A stretch of DNA of 38,537 nt from contig JAZDOG010000057.1 in assembly GCA_043798915.1 (NCBI GenBank), positions 1-38,537 of the forward strand, read 5' to 3'. This DNA is from Pseudomonadota bacterium. GTDB taxonomy: Bacteria > UBA10199 > 2-02-FULL-44-16 > JAAZCA01. Made by a program: the position numbers and the translations under genes. The first letter of the stretch is position 1. Each line of letters begins with the position of its first letter. A model generated the notes under the pieces. The model saw nothing but the letters and a program-made list of their open reading frames with translations. It searched no databases and was not told the origin of the DNA. Positions 26,282 through 35,885 of this stretch are shown piece by piece.

Positions 26282-27226
26282 ATGACACCGCAGATGATGC
26301 TCTGGATCGCTTTCGGCGCCGTCGTAGCGGCGGCGTTCGCGCTCGACCTGGGCCTCTTCAACCGCAAAGGGCGGACCTTCGGCATCAGGGGGGCCATCGT
26401 CCGGAGCCTCTTCTGGGTCGCGCTGGCGCTCATTTTCAACCTGGGCGTCTGGTACTGGCGAGGTTCGGGCACCGCGCTCGAGTTTCTGACGGCCTATCTG
26501 GTCGAGGAGTCGCTCTCGGTCGACAATCTCTTCATTTTCCTCATGATATTTTCCTATTTTGGGGTCCCGGTGCGCCATCAGCACAAGGCGCTCTTGTGGG
26601 GGATCGCGGGCGTGCTCATCATGCGCGGGATATTCATCTTCGCCGGCATCGCGCTGATAGAGCGCTTCCACTGGATCATCTACGCGCTCGGCGCCTTCCT
26701 CGTCCTCACGGGCGCGAAGATGGCCTTTCAGAGAGATAGAGAGGTCCGGCCGGATAGCAATCCGATCATCCGCCTTTTCCGGAAGATGATGCCCGTGTCC
26801 GAGGGCTGGGAGGCGGACGGCTTCTTCGTGAGGAGGGCGGGGCGGCTCTTCGCCACGCCGCTGCTCATCGTGGTGCTCGCGATCGAGACGACTGACGTCA
26901 TCTTCGCCGTCGACTCAATCCCCGCGGTCTTTGCGATCACCACGGATCCGTTCGTCGTCTTCACCTCCAATATCTTCGCGATCCTTGGTCTCCGGGCCAT
27001 ATTCTTCGCTCTCTCTGGCTTCATGCAGCTCTTCCATCATTTGAAATACGGCCTGGCCGTCATACTCTCGCTCATCGGCATCAAGATGCTGATTTCGGAC
27101 GTCTACAGGATTCCGGTGGGGATCGCCCTCGGTGCGATCGCTTGCATCCTCGCCATCTCGGTGGCAACATCCGCCATCTGGCCGCCCGCCACTAAACCGT
27201 TGGCGGGTTCTAAACCCTTGGAGTGA
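26282..27226 (+). CDS. TerC/Alx family membrane protein
   Basis: SLSVDNLF, DVIFAVDSIPA, SNIFAILGLR. Confidence 0.93.
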   Translation: MTPQMMLWIAFGAVVAAAFALDLGLFNRKGRTFGIRGAIVRSLFWVALALIFNLGVWYWRGSGTALEFLTAYLVEESLSVDNLFIFLMIFSYFGVPVRHQHKALLWGIAGVLIMRGIFIFAGIALIERFHWIIYALGAFLVLTGAKMAFQRDREVRPDSNPIIRLFRKMMPVSEGWEADGFFVRRAGRLFATPLLIVVLAIETTDVIFAVDSIPAVFAITTDPFVVFTSNIFAILGLRAIFFALSGFMQLFHHLKYGLAVILSLIGIKMLISDVYRIPVGIALGAIACILAISVATSAIWPPATKPLAGSKPLE

Positions 27227-29271
27227 ACGAGCGCATGAAAAAGGACCCTACAGAGATTTCTGGAGTGAGCAATCGCATGGAGATGGATCCGACAGAGACC
27301 TCGATGGTCAAGCGCGTGAGGAAGGTCGTGATCGGCGGCGCGCGAAATCCGGATGATCCTCATGTCTTTCACAAGTTGTCGCTCATCGCCTTTTTTGCAT
27401 GGATTGGCCTCGGTGCCGATGGTCTTTCATCATCCTCCTACGGTCCTGAGGAGGCATTTCGCGCGCTTGGCAATTATCACCATCTTGGGATATTTGTGGC
27501 GCTTGGAACCGCAATCACCATTTTGGTCATCAGCGCCAGTTATTCCCAGATCATAGAGCTCTTTCCATCCGGCGGCGGCGGATATCTCGTTGCGAGCAAG
27601 CTTTTGTCGCCAGCTGTCGGCATGGTCGGCGGCTGCGCTCTCATCATCGACTATGTCCTCACCATTGCGATATCGATTGCCAGCGGCGCTGATGCAATCT
27701 TCAGTTTTGTTCCAGCTGTGTGGCTGCCATACAGGCTTCCGTTTGCGGTCGCCGGTGTCGTGTTGCTGATTATTCTGAATCTGCGCGGCATCAAGGAATC
27801 GGTGGCGCCGCTCATTCCCATCTTCCTCACATTCGTTGTGACGCACATATTCGCAATAGTCTATGCGTTTTTCATGCACGCGGGCAACCTCTCAACCGTG
27901 GCCAGCAACACGGTCACGGAGGTGCAAAGCGTCAGCGGACAGGTTGGTGTGTTCGGGATGCTCATGCTGATCATGCGCTCCTACAGCATGGGCGCAGGCA
28001 CATACACCGGAATCGAGGCCGTTTCGAACGGCCTTCCGATACTCAGGGCTCCGCAGGTTCAGACGGGCAAGCGCACGATGCGATATATGGCCTCGTCCCT
28101 TGCCATCACGGTCGTTGGGTTGATGATAGCCTACATCCTTTTCCATGCCGAGCCCCAGGAGGGGAAGACCCTGAATGCCGTCCTGTTTGAGGCCATGACC
28201 AGCACCTGGAGCAGAAGCATCGGATATCCTTTTGTGCTCGTCACTCTCATCTCTGAAGCGCTGCTTTTGTTTGTCGCAGCGCAGACCGGCTTTTTGGGCG
28301 GCCCGCGCGTGCTTGCGAACATGGCGACCGACCGGTGGTTCCCGGCCAAGTTTGCAAGCCTCTCTGACAGGCTCGTGACGCAAAACGGCGTCCTTCTCAT
28401 GGGGGGAGCGGCGCTCGTCACGATGCTCGCCTCTGGCGGCTCCGTGCGTTTTCTGATCGTCCTCTACTCCATCAACGTCTTCATCACGTTTCTGCTTTCG
28501 CAGCTGGGCATGGTGCGCCATTGGTGGCAGGTGCGCGCATCTTTTCCCGGCTGGTATAAAAAAATTACGATCAACGGGATTGGCCTTCTGCTGACCGCAT
28601 TCATCCTCATGTCGATAATCGTCGTCAAGTTCCACGATGGAGGATGGATCACCCTCGCCGTGACTGCTGCGCTCGTTGCGGCTGTTTCCGGCATCAGACG
28701 CCATTACAATAAGACAAAACTTCTGTTGAACCGGCTCGACTCGCTCGTCGTCGCGGCCAGGGCAGACAGAGAATCCGGCCCCAAGGGGGTCGTGCCGCTG
28801 CCCGATTTCGATCCCAAGGCGAACACCGCGGTGCTACTCGTCAACGGATTCAACGGCCTGGGGCTCCACACGCTCTTCGGAATCATCCGGCTCTTCCGCG
28901 GCGTTTTCAAGAACTTCGCATTTGTCCAGGTGGGCGTGGTCGACGCCGACGTCTTCAAAGGGTCGGAGGAGATAGCGAAGCTCAAGGCGAAGGTCGACGA
29001 CGACGTCGAGCGTTACATCGACTACATAAGCCGGCACGGCTACCACGCCGAGAAATTCACCTCCATCGGCACGGACGTCGTCGACGAGGTGATGAACCTC
29101 GCCCCGAAGATCGTGGAGCGCTTCCCTCAGTCGGTCTTCTTCGGCGGCCAGCTGGTCTTCGCTGAGGAGCAGGCGTTCTCACGCTGGCTGCACAACTAGA
29201 TCGTCTTCGCCGTCCAGCGCCGCTTCTATCACCGCGGCGTCCCATTCGTCATATTGCCGATAAGGGTGTAA
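27223..29271 (+). CDS. APC-family permease (KimA/YdaO-like) with an in-frame TAG at 29197-29199
   Basis: GADGLSSSSYG, GGGGY, YTGIEAVSNG; frame continues IVFAVQRRFYHRGVPFVILPIRV to TAA at 29271. Confidence 0.85.
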
Positions 29272-29300
29272 GACTTACTTCCTTGAGACTCCCTAGTTTT

Positions 29301-30704
29301 TCAAGATCCCGTCAAGCGCAGGCCTTCGGTTCTATCCATATCTAAGCGTTCGAGGATGAATTTTATAAAAGCAGAGCTATGGCGGCTGCCCACGAGAAAC
29401 TCTGGGAGGCTTGATCTGAGGGCGTTGGCCGTCACCATCTCGGACGGAGGGATGCCGGGTCGAATTGTGCATAGCCATGAGCCGAAGTGCTTCCAAACAA
29501 GCGCCGGAAATGTGGAGGAGAGATACTGAAGCAGCCCCTGAGCGATGAGCCCGATCTGAATATGGCGATGGAAAGCATCGAGTTTGCGTTGGACGGCTTG
29601 GCGATATTGTTTGGTCTCGTGATGCAAGTACTGGTTTCCGGAATTTCTTTCGATAGGCTTCATATGGCGCATCCAGAAGTGGTAGGCGTAAACACCGAGC
29701 ACCCGCAAAGCGCTTTTGAAAGAGACCTCGATTTTAAAACGGATGCCGTAGAGGCGGATGATATCTACGGCTGGAAGAGTTAGATCCGTGCACATCAGGA
29801 GGCATTTGCCGCGCGACGGATGAATGACGGCAACGAATCGGGCAAGGCGTTGCAGAGGCTTCCAGATGAGGTCCACTGATTGATAACGGATGACGACGTT
29901 CTTTTCGCCATAGGCGGGGCTGTAAGCCTCGATCATTTTGTCTTTTTCTCCGAAGAGCGACCTGAGCTTGATTTTCTTGCCGTAGACTTTTGGTCTCCCC
30001 GGGCATTTTATGCGAAGGGACTTTGGCGCTCCGCCAGGCCACTGCGTTATTGCGGATACGAGTTACGATATGCCCGCCGTCTCTGATGGTGCCTAACGCG
30101 ACGGTTTTACAGGCATAGTAGGCATCCGCCACGAAGTAGAATGGGAGCCCCAATTGAATCATCTGTACGAGCGAGAGCATCTTGTCGGTGAGTTTTTGTT
30201 TGCAGCGATTGGAGAAGACAAGGCCCTCATGAATGCGTACCGCGATCGGAACGGCGAAGGCGCTTGTCCCAGCCCCTACGACCAGGGAGACCGCCTGACA
30301 GGAATGCCCCATGATGTATTCCGGCTTGGTATTGCTATCCGATTCCTGGTGCAGGAGCTTGACGGCCGGCATCCTCTTGCCCGATTTGGGCACCTTGATA
30401 CCGTCTGCCAGCAAAATGGCCCTGCCGTTGCACTGGAGAATGTCTGGGAAGAAGCGCAACACCAGTTTCGTCCACACCTGCGCGAGCCGGTCGGGATGAA
30501 TTGCGTGGCTATGAAAGAAATCAAGGAGGTTGTCGTAATAGGAGCCTGAAGCCCAAGGGCGCGGACGATGCTGTTGATGCCGGCAAGGTCGTGGCGGGTG
30601 CAGAGACCTGCCAGGGAAGCGGCCAGCCACAGAAAACTTCGGGTTCTTGAGCAGGCCGGACGCAGCTCCTTCACCACATTCCACCATTCGATCCAAATGT
30701 GCAT
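29301..30704 (-). pseudogene. DDE transposase split by two frameshifts (~30545 and ~29998)
   Basis: Pieces MHIWIEWW..RALGLQA / YYDNLLDFFHS..LADG..VADAYY / GRPKVYGKK..YGIRFKIEVSFK (YREK-like motif). Confidence 0.8.
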
Positions 30705-30732
30705 AGCCACCCCCTTTTTATCGGTAACTGTA

Positions 30733-30756
30733 TATGTATCATTATGATGATACATA
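30733..30756. promoter_or_regulatory. Perfect 10-bp inverted repeat between the divergent IS genes (putative operator)
   Basis: TATGTATCAT-TATG-ATGATACATA. Confidence 0.55.
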
Positions 30757-30839
30757 CCACACCGAACGGGGAATGTATGCACAAAAGTGCTTGCCGAGAC
30801 CGTATTTGCTGTGCCAGAATTGAAACGGAGGGATACGAA

Positions 30840-31145
30840 ATGGAGATTGCGAAGATCGAGAACGACATCGCAAAGATCAAGCGTAAGATTCTTGACTTGG
30901 GAGACATGCGCCCCGGCTCACTGAGTAAGCAGATGCGCAGAGCCAAGAAGAAATATGGCGCCTACTGGCAGTTGAGCTATACGCACATGGGCAAGGGTCG
31001 CACCGAGTACATCAAGCCCGAAACGCTCAAGCAGGTAAAAACGGAAGTGGCGAATTATAAACGATACCGAAATCTTTCCGATCAATTGGTTCAGCTGTCG
31101 ATTGAAAAATCACGACTGAAAGCAGGGCTTGGCAAGGAAACCTGA
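30840..31145 (+). CDS. IS-associated small basic protein (DUF6788-like)
   Basis: MRPGSLSKQ...YWQLSYT..GKGRTEYI pattern; GGAGG RBS; lies inside the TIRs. Confidence 0.7.
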   Translation: MEIAKIENDIAKIKRKILDLGDMRPGSLSKQMRRAKKKYGAYWQLSYTHMGKGRTEYIKPETLKQVKTEVANYKRYRNLSDQLVQLSIEKSRLKAGLGKET

Positions 31146-31558
31146 CGCCTGCAGGATAGGCTAGAACTCGGTAGTCTCAAGTCAGGGTCAATCAAACCAA
31201 AACCTCTCCGCAACATCATCAGACGAATCGATCGCATCAAGACCCTGCTCGCCACCCGCAAAATACACCGCAGCAACGCCACCACAAAACCGTGACACGA
31301 TTGGCCGGTTAATTGCGTGCGAAATACAAGTTATCGCAATAAAAGGAAAGGGGGTTAAAAGTGGAATAAATCCCGATGGTTGAGACACCATCCGAAGCCC
31401 TTGTTGGGGGTTTATGGGAGCCAAAAGCGGCGCTTGTCGGCGCCGTGGCCGAGTGCCGAGCGCGCTCGGAGGGCAGCGGTTCCTCGCGAGGGACATCGCC
31501 AAGGCCCAACAATTTTGGCATTGTGTCCCGGCAGCAAGGGGGATATGCCAAAGGGCCC

Positions 31559-32158
31559 ATGAGGTACGCGCTCAGATCATGCGCCATGTCGATCCTTCTT
31601 TTGCTGGTCGCCGTCTCCGCTGGTGGCGCCGCAAAGAACACCAATGATTTTGAAAAGGGTTACTATAATTATGACAAACCGCTGAGATTGTTGTTGGGCG
31701 GACAGAAACGCGATTCAAAGCCGCCGAAAATATTGATCGAGAAGGGGAAGCGCAGGCTGACGATATTGAGTGGCGACAGGGCAGTCAAGAGTTATCCTGT
31801 GGTGTTCGGCTTCAATCCTGTTGAAGACAAATTGAGGGAGGGCGACGGCTGCACTCCAGAGGGGATATTTGCGATCAGATCGAAGTATCATCATAAGCTG
31901 TGGTCGAGATTTTTGTGGATCGATTATCCCAACAAGGGTTCCTTTAAAAAATATGAGGATGCGAAAAAGAAGGGCAGGATAGAAGCGGACGCCGCGATCG
32001 GAGGGGCAGTGGGAATCCATGGAGTGCCCAGCGGCAGCGATAATCTGATCGACGAGGGCAGAAACTGGACGCTCGGCTGCATCTCGCTGAAGAACAGGGA
32101 TATAGAAGAGATCTATGAGTTTGTTGAGGCTGGAACTTCAGTTGAGATAAAAAGATAG
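31559..32158 (+). CDS. L,D-transpeptidase (YkuD) family protein
   Basis: EGDGCTPEG, IDYPN, GIHG...NWTLGCISL; signal peptide-like start. Confidence 0.9.
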   Translation: MRYALRSCAMSILLLLVAVSAGGAAKNTNDFEKGYYNYDKPLRLLLGGQKRDSKPPKILIEKGKRRLTILSGDRAVKSYPVVFGFNPVEDKLREGDGCTPEGIFAIRSKYHHKLWSRFLWIDYPNKGSFKKYEDAKKKGRIEADAAIGGAVGIHGVPSGSDNLIDEGRNWTLGCISLKNRDIEEIYEFVEAGTSVEIKR

Positions 32159-32186
32159 TTTAAAGTTATCAGAGGCCCCCTGCATC

Positions 32187-32957
32187 TCATGACCATCCGA
32201 ACAGTTTGTAGGCGGCGATTCCCAGCCATTCCTTGATGGCGTCGGTTGAAAGCCCGAGCAAATCCGCTCGGGGCAGAAACGAGTACCAGGTGTACGGAGC
32301 GTCCTCTATTGTATAGTCTGCAGGCGCCGGGGTTACGCTGAAGCCGGCCTTCTCGAACACGGCCACCGACCTCGGCATGTGCATGGCCGATGTCACGAGG
32401 AGGATGTGAGCGCCCAGGTGCCGCTCATCCATCAGTTTTTTCACAAGGGTGGCGTTTTCATGCGTGTTCCTGGCCTTGTCCTCTGGCAGGACCGCGTCCG
32501 GTGGTGCGCCCAGTTCGATCAGGACCTCGCGCGTGTCGCTGCCGTCGTGCACGTTCTTCATGATGAAGTCGATGCCGCCGCCGGTGGGGATGATGACGGG
32601 CGCCGCGCCCGCCTTGTAGAGCCTGAACCCTTCGAATACGCGATCGGCGCGATCGCCGAACTCCACGCGTGTGCGGGGATAGAGCCTGGGCTTGACCCCG
32701 CTGCCCAGAATCACGATGGCATCCGCTTTGACGCTGTTCTCGTCCAGCGGGAGATAAAACCTTTCCAGTTTTTTCGCCATGGTGTTTGCCACGATCTGGT
32801 TGGAGAAGAAGAGAAGGACAAATACGGAAAGCCCCAGACATGCATAAGCGACTTTGAGCCTGCGCCTGTAGATCATCACAATGGCTACGATGATGAATTC
32901 GATGGCCAGACCCAACGGATAGACCATTATCGGCAGAAGCTTGGAAAGCAATATCAT
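32187..32957 (-). CDS. YdcF/ElyC (DUF218) family membrane protein
   Basis: AIVILGSG, ARNTHENA, LVTSAMHMPRS, KEWLG. Confidence 0.9.
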   Translation of the reverse strand: MILLSKLLPIMVYPLGLAIEFIIVAIVMIYRRRLKVAYACLGLSVFVLLFFSNQIVANTMAKKLERFYLPLDENSVKADAIVILGSGVKPRLYPRTRVEFGDRADRVFEGFRLYKAGAAPVIIPTGGGIDFIMKNVHDGSDTREVLIELGAPPDAVLPEDKARNTHENATLVKKLMDERHLGAHILLVTSAMHMPRSVAVFEKAGFSVTPAPADYTIEDAPYTWYSFLPRADLLGLSTDAIKEWLGIAAYKLFGWS

Positions 32958-33078
32958 TGTTTTCTCCTCTCGAAATAATTTAAGAGCCGGTCGCCTGTTT
33001 TTATGTATAGATTGAAAAGGAGGGCGTTGCAACAGGTTGAGGATCGATTATGCTGTAGTCTGAATGGAGAGCGAACAT

Positions 33079-33714
33079 ATGAATACAAAGGCAAAGGAGT
33101 CCCTCGGCGTGCTCATGGATGGCAATGAGAAGTTTGTAGGGGGGCGGCTGGCACACCCGCGCCACGGTGTGCAGCACAGAAAGGAAACGGCGCCGGCGCA
33201 GTATCCGATCGCGGTTATAGTCTCATGCTCGGATTCGCGCGTGCCGCCTGAGATTATCTTCGACCAGGGGATCGGCGATCTCTTCGTCGTGCGCGTCGCG
33301 GGCAATGTCCTCGACGATATAGGCTTAGGCAGCGTCGAGTACGCGGCGGAACACCTGAATGTCCCGCTCGTCATGGTGCTCGGGCATAAGCGCTGCGGCG
33401 CCGTGACGGCGGCGGTCGAGGGGGGCAAGGCTCCGGGACGTATCCAGAGCATCGTGGAGGCGATCGCCCCGGCGGTCGAAGAGGCAAAGAGGCGGAGTGG
33501 TGGAGCCGATCTCGTGGAGTCGGCTTGCCGCATCAACATCGAAAGGACGGTGGAGGCCCTGAAAAATTCGGGTCCCATCCTCTCCCGCCTTGTGAAAGAG
33601 GGAAAGCTCTCAGTCGTCGGCGCCTGCTATGATCTGGACAGCGGGCGGGTGGAGCTGACCTACGTGCACCCTGCATCGGTAGTGACCTCGAAGGCGCCCG
33701 TGGTCGGGTCGTAG
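33079..33714 (+). CDS. Beta-class carbonic anhydrase
   Basis: CSDSR, RVAGN, GHKRCGAV. Confidence 0.93.
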   Translation: MNTKAKESLGVLMDGNEKFVGGRLAHPRHGVQHRKETAPAQYPIAVIVSCSDSRVPPEIIFDQGIGDLFVVRVAGNVLDDIGLGSVEYAAEHLNVPLVMVLGHKRCGAVTAAVEGGKAPGRIQSIVEAIAPAVEEAKRRSGGADLVESACRINIERTVEALKNSGPILSRLVKEGKLSVVGACYDLDSGRVELTYVHPASVVTSKAPVVGS

Positions 33715-34094
33715 CGGAAGTAGTCGTTGAATGCGCCGTCGCCCGTGAAGCTGTAGCAGGTGGGCGATCGCTTGTGCCAGTGCTCGGTCACTCCCAATTC
33801 AAGCACGTCCGAAAAAAAAGGATTCGAATCGGAGGCGTCTGTTCCGTCGGAGGCTCCGTCGAGAGCGGCGGGATAAGTTTCGTTGATGCCCTCGGTTATT
33901 TTTTTTGATGCGTAGATCTTGAGCCCGCTCTGAACTGCGGCAGCCACGGTATCTCTCGTGGCCGTTTGAGCGGAGTCGATCATGTTGAAATAATTTTTGA
34001 CAAAAGCAGCGAGCGACAGCATCGCCAGTATTGTGATCGTCAGGATCAGCTCGACCAGCGTGAAGCCGGAATTCCCCTTTGCGGAATTTCTCAT
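33660..34094 (-). CDS. Type IV pilin / pseudopilin-like protein
   Basis: Prepilin cleavage site G|FTLVEL followed by a hydrophobic helix; C-terminal Cys pair. Confidence 0.85.
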   Translation of the reverse strand: MRNSAKGNSGFTLVELILTITILAMLSLAAFVKNYFNMIDSAQTATRDTVAAAVQSGLKIYASKKITEGINETYPAALDGASDGTDASDSNPFFSDVLELGVTEHWHKRSPTCYSFTGDGAFNDYFRYDPTTGAFEVTTDAGCT

Positions 34095-34136
34095 CCCCCG
34101 AATTATATCGGTTTAAGGCTCTTGTGGGCAACTGTA

Positions 34137-35657
34137 TTATCCCAGGTCCTCGAGCGTCGGCCTGAAGTTCATCGCCTCGGCGATGTGTTCCGCTTGGATC
34201 TTTTCCGAGTCTGCGAGGTCGGCGATGGTGCGCGCCACCTTTATCACGCGGTGGACTGCGCGGGCCGATAGTTGATGGTGTTTCGAGGCCTGAGCGAGGA
34301 ACGAACGCTCGTCGCGCCCCATCGCGCAGTGGCGGTGGATTTCGCGGGTGGGAAGGATGGCGTTGCAAACGGATTTCGCGTTCCTCGCCGTCTGCCGGTC
34401 GCGCGCCGCAAGGACGCGGGCGCGCATCGCCTCGGATTTTTCCTCCATAAACGATTCGAGGAGCGCCTCGTGCGGCGGCGGCCCCACTTCGACATGGAGA
34501 TCGATGCGGTCGAGCAGGGGGCCGGAGAGCTTCGAGCGATAGTGCCTGATCTGAGCGATGCTGCAGGTGCAGGCCCTCGTCGGATGGCTCCAGAAACCGC
34601 ACCTGCAGAGGTTGAAGGCCGACGCGAGCAGAAAGCGGGCGGGGTATTTGACGCTCATGCCTGCGCGCACGATGTTGACTTCGCCTGATTCAAGCGGCTG
34701 CCGGAGCACCTCGAGGACGTCCTTCTTGAACTCCGCGAGTTCGTCGAGAAAGAGGACGCCGTGATGCGCTAGCGATATCTCGCCGAGTCTCGGCGTCCCG
34801 TGGCCTCCGCCGATCAAGCCGGCATAAGAGGCCGAGTGGTGCGGCGCGCGGAAGGGCCGCTCTGTGGGGAGTGAGGCGGAGTCCCTGAGCATGCCGTGCA
34901 GGCTCTGAATCTTGAGGACGTCCAGCGCTTCTTCGCGCGTGAGCGGCGGGAGAATCGAAGGGAGCCGCTCGGCGAGCATCGTCTTGCCTGTGCCGGGCGG
35001 TCCCTTGAGTGCGATATTGTGGCCCCCGGCTGCGGCGATCTCCATGCCGCGTTTCGCAAAGGGCTGGCCCTTTACCTCGCCGTAGTCCTGTTGGAGATCG
35101 GCGGATCTCTCTGCAATCCGTTCCTTCGGCAATTCCGGCGTGATGCCGTCGTTCAGATGCGCGACCGCCTGTGCGAGCGATTCCACCGGGACGACGATAT
35201 CGATACCGGCGAGCTTTGCCTCCCATGCGTTCGCGCGCGGGACGATCATTCCATCGATGCCGTTCGATTTTGCGGCGAGTGCCATCATCAGGACGCCGCA
35301 CACGGGGAGGACTTTTCCGGTGAGGGCCAGCTCACCTGCGATGAGGTATCGCGCGGAGGTGGAGGGCCGGCATGCCCCGACGGCGGTCAGGAGTGCGACG
35401 GCGATCGGCAGATCATAGTGCGCGCCGGATTTTTTGAGATCGGCAGGCGAGAGGTTGATGAGCGTCTTGCGGTTGGGGAGGCTGAAACCGGAATTTCTGA
35501 CGGCGCTCCCGACGCGGTCCTTGGCCTCCTTGACAGCGGTCTCCAGGAGCCCCACCATGTTCCAGCCCGGGAGCCCCTGCATCTGGACGTCGACCTCGAC
35601 CTTGACGGGGACGGCGTTGATGCCTGAGAAGGCGGCGGCGTAGACTTGTGCCAGCAT
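34137..35657 (-). CDS. comM: ComM/YifB Mg-chelatase-like AAA+ ATPase
   Basis: VKEAKDRV, NLSPADLKKSG, GPPGTGKTM, PFRAPHHSAS, LFLDE, LLDRIDL. Confidence 0.93.
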   Translation of the reverse strand: MLAQVYAAAFSGINAVPVKVEVDVQMQGLPGWNMVGLLETAVKEAKDRVGSAVRNSGFSLPNRKTLINLSPADLKKSGAHYDLPIAVALLTAVGACRPSTSARYLIAGELALTGKVLPVCGVLMMALAAKSNGIDGMIVPRANAWEAKLAGIDIVVPVESLAQAVAHLNDGITPELPKERIAERSADLQQDYGEVKGQPFAKRGMEIAAAGGHNIALKGPPGTGKTMLAERLPSILPPLTREEALDVLKIQSLHGMLRDSASLPTERPFRAPHHSASYAGLIGGGHGTPRLGEISLAHHGVLFLDELAEFKKDVLEVLRQPLESGEVNIVRAGMSVKYPARFLLASAFNLCRCGFWSHPTRACTCSIAQIRHYRSKLSGPLLDRIDLHVEVGPPPHEALLESFMEEKSEAMRARVLAARDRQTARNAKSVCNAILPTREIHRHCAMGRDERSFLAQASKHHQLSARAVHRVIKVARTIADLADSEKIQAEHIAEAMNFRPTLEDLG

Positions 35658-35669
35658 GACCACTGCTTA

Positions 35670-35686
35670 AGCAAACTCTGTGCCAA
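35670..35686 (-). promoter_or_regulatory. Sigma54 promoter of comM
   Basis: Minus strand TTGGCACAGAGTTTGCT, near-consensus -24/-12. Confidence 0.75.
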
Positions 35687-35768
35687 GAAATATCCTTTTA
35701 AATCGGTGAACGGTTCCGGATAGGTGCAGCGAAACGCTGCACTTGTGTCAAAACTGGGCAGATTTTTT

Positions 35769-35801
35769 TCACGCAACTTTCTGCCATTCCTGCCGATAAT
35801 A
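35769..35801 (+). promoter_or_regulatory. Sigma28-like promoter
   Basis: GCAACTTT-N11-GCCGATAA (cf. TAAAGTTT-N11-GCCGATAA); shared with 1948-1980. Confidence 0.72.
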
Positions 35802-35885
35802 AATGAGAAGGCACCCGTTTGCGGAAATGTGTAATTATCAGTTTAACTTATTTTATATAACCCATTGTAAAACAAAGGCAAGATC

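Larger units (their letters stand above)
29282..31181. mobile_element. Insertion sequence (IS4/IS701-like DDE) with a divergent accessory gene
   Basis: Imperfect TIRs CTTGAGACTCCCTAGTT (from 29282) and reverse complement CTTGAGACTACCGAGTT (ending 31181) flank the transposase and small ORF. Confidence 0.8.

Noticed and set aside
25140..27235. M-box, yybP-ykoY or c-di-AMP riboswitches before corA, terC or the APC permease
   Set aside because: The genes abut or overlap and the corA leader is short; no recognisable aptamer.
31533..31552. Minus-strand sigma54 promoter TTGGCATATCCCCCTTGCT
   Set aside because: GG-to-GC spacing is 12 nt rather than the required 10.
35706..35717. Second LexA box upstream of comM (GTGAACGGTTCC)
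   Set aside because: Half-site spacing is 1 nt rather than 4, and the right arm is degenerate.
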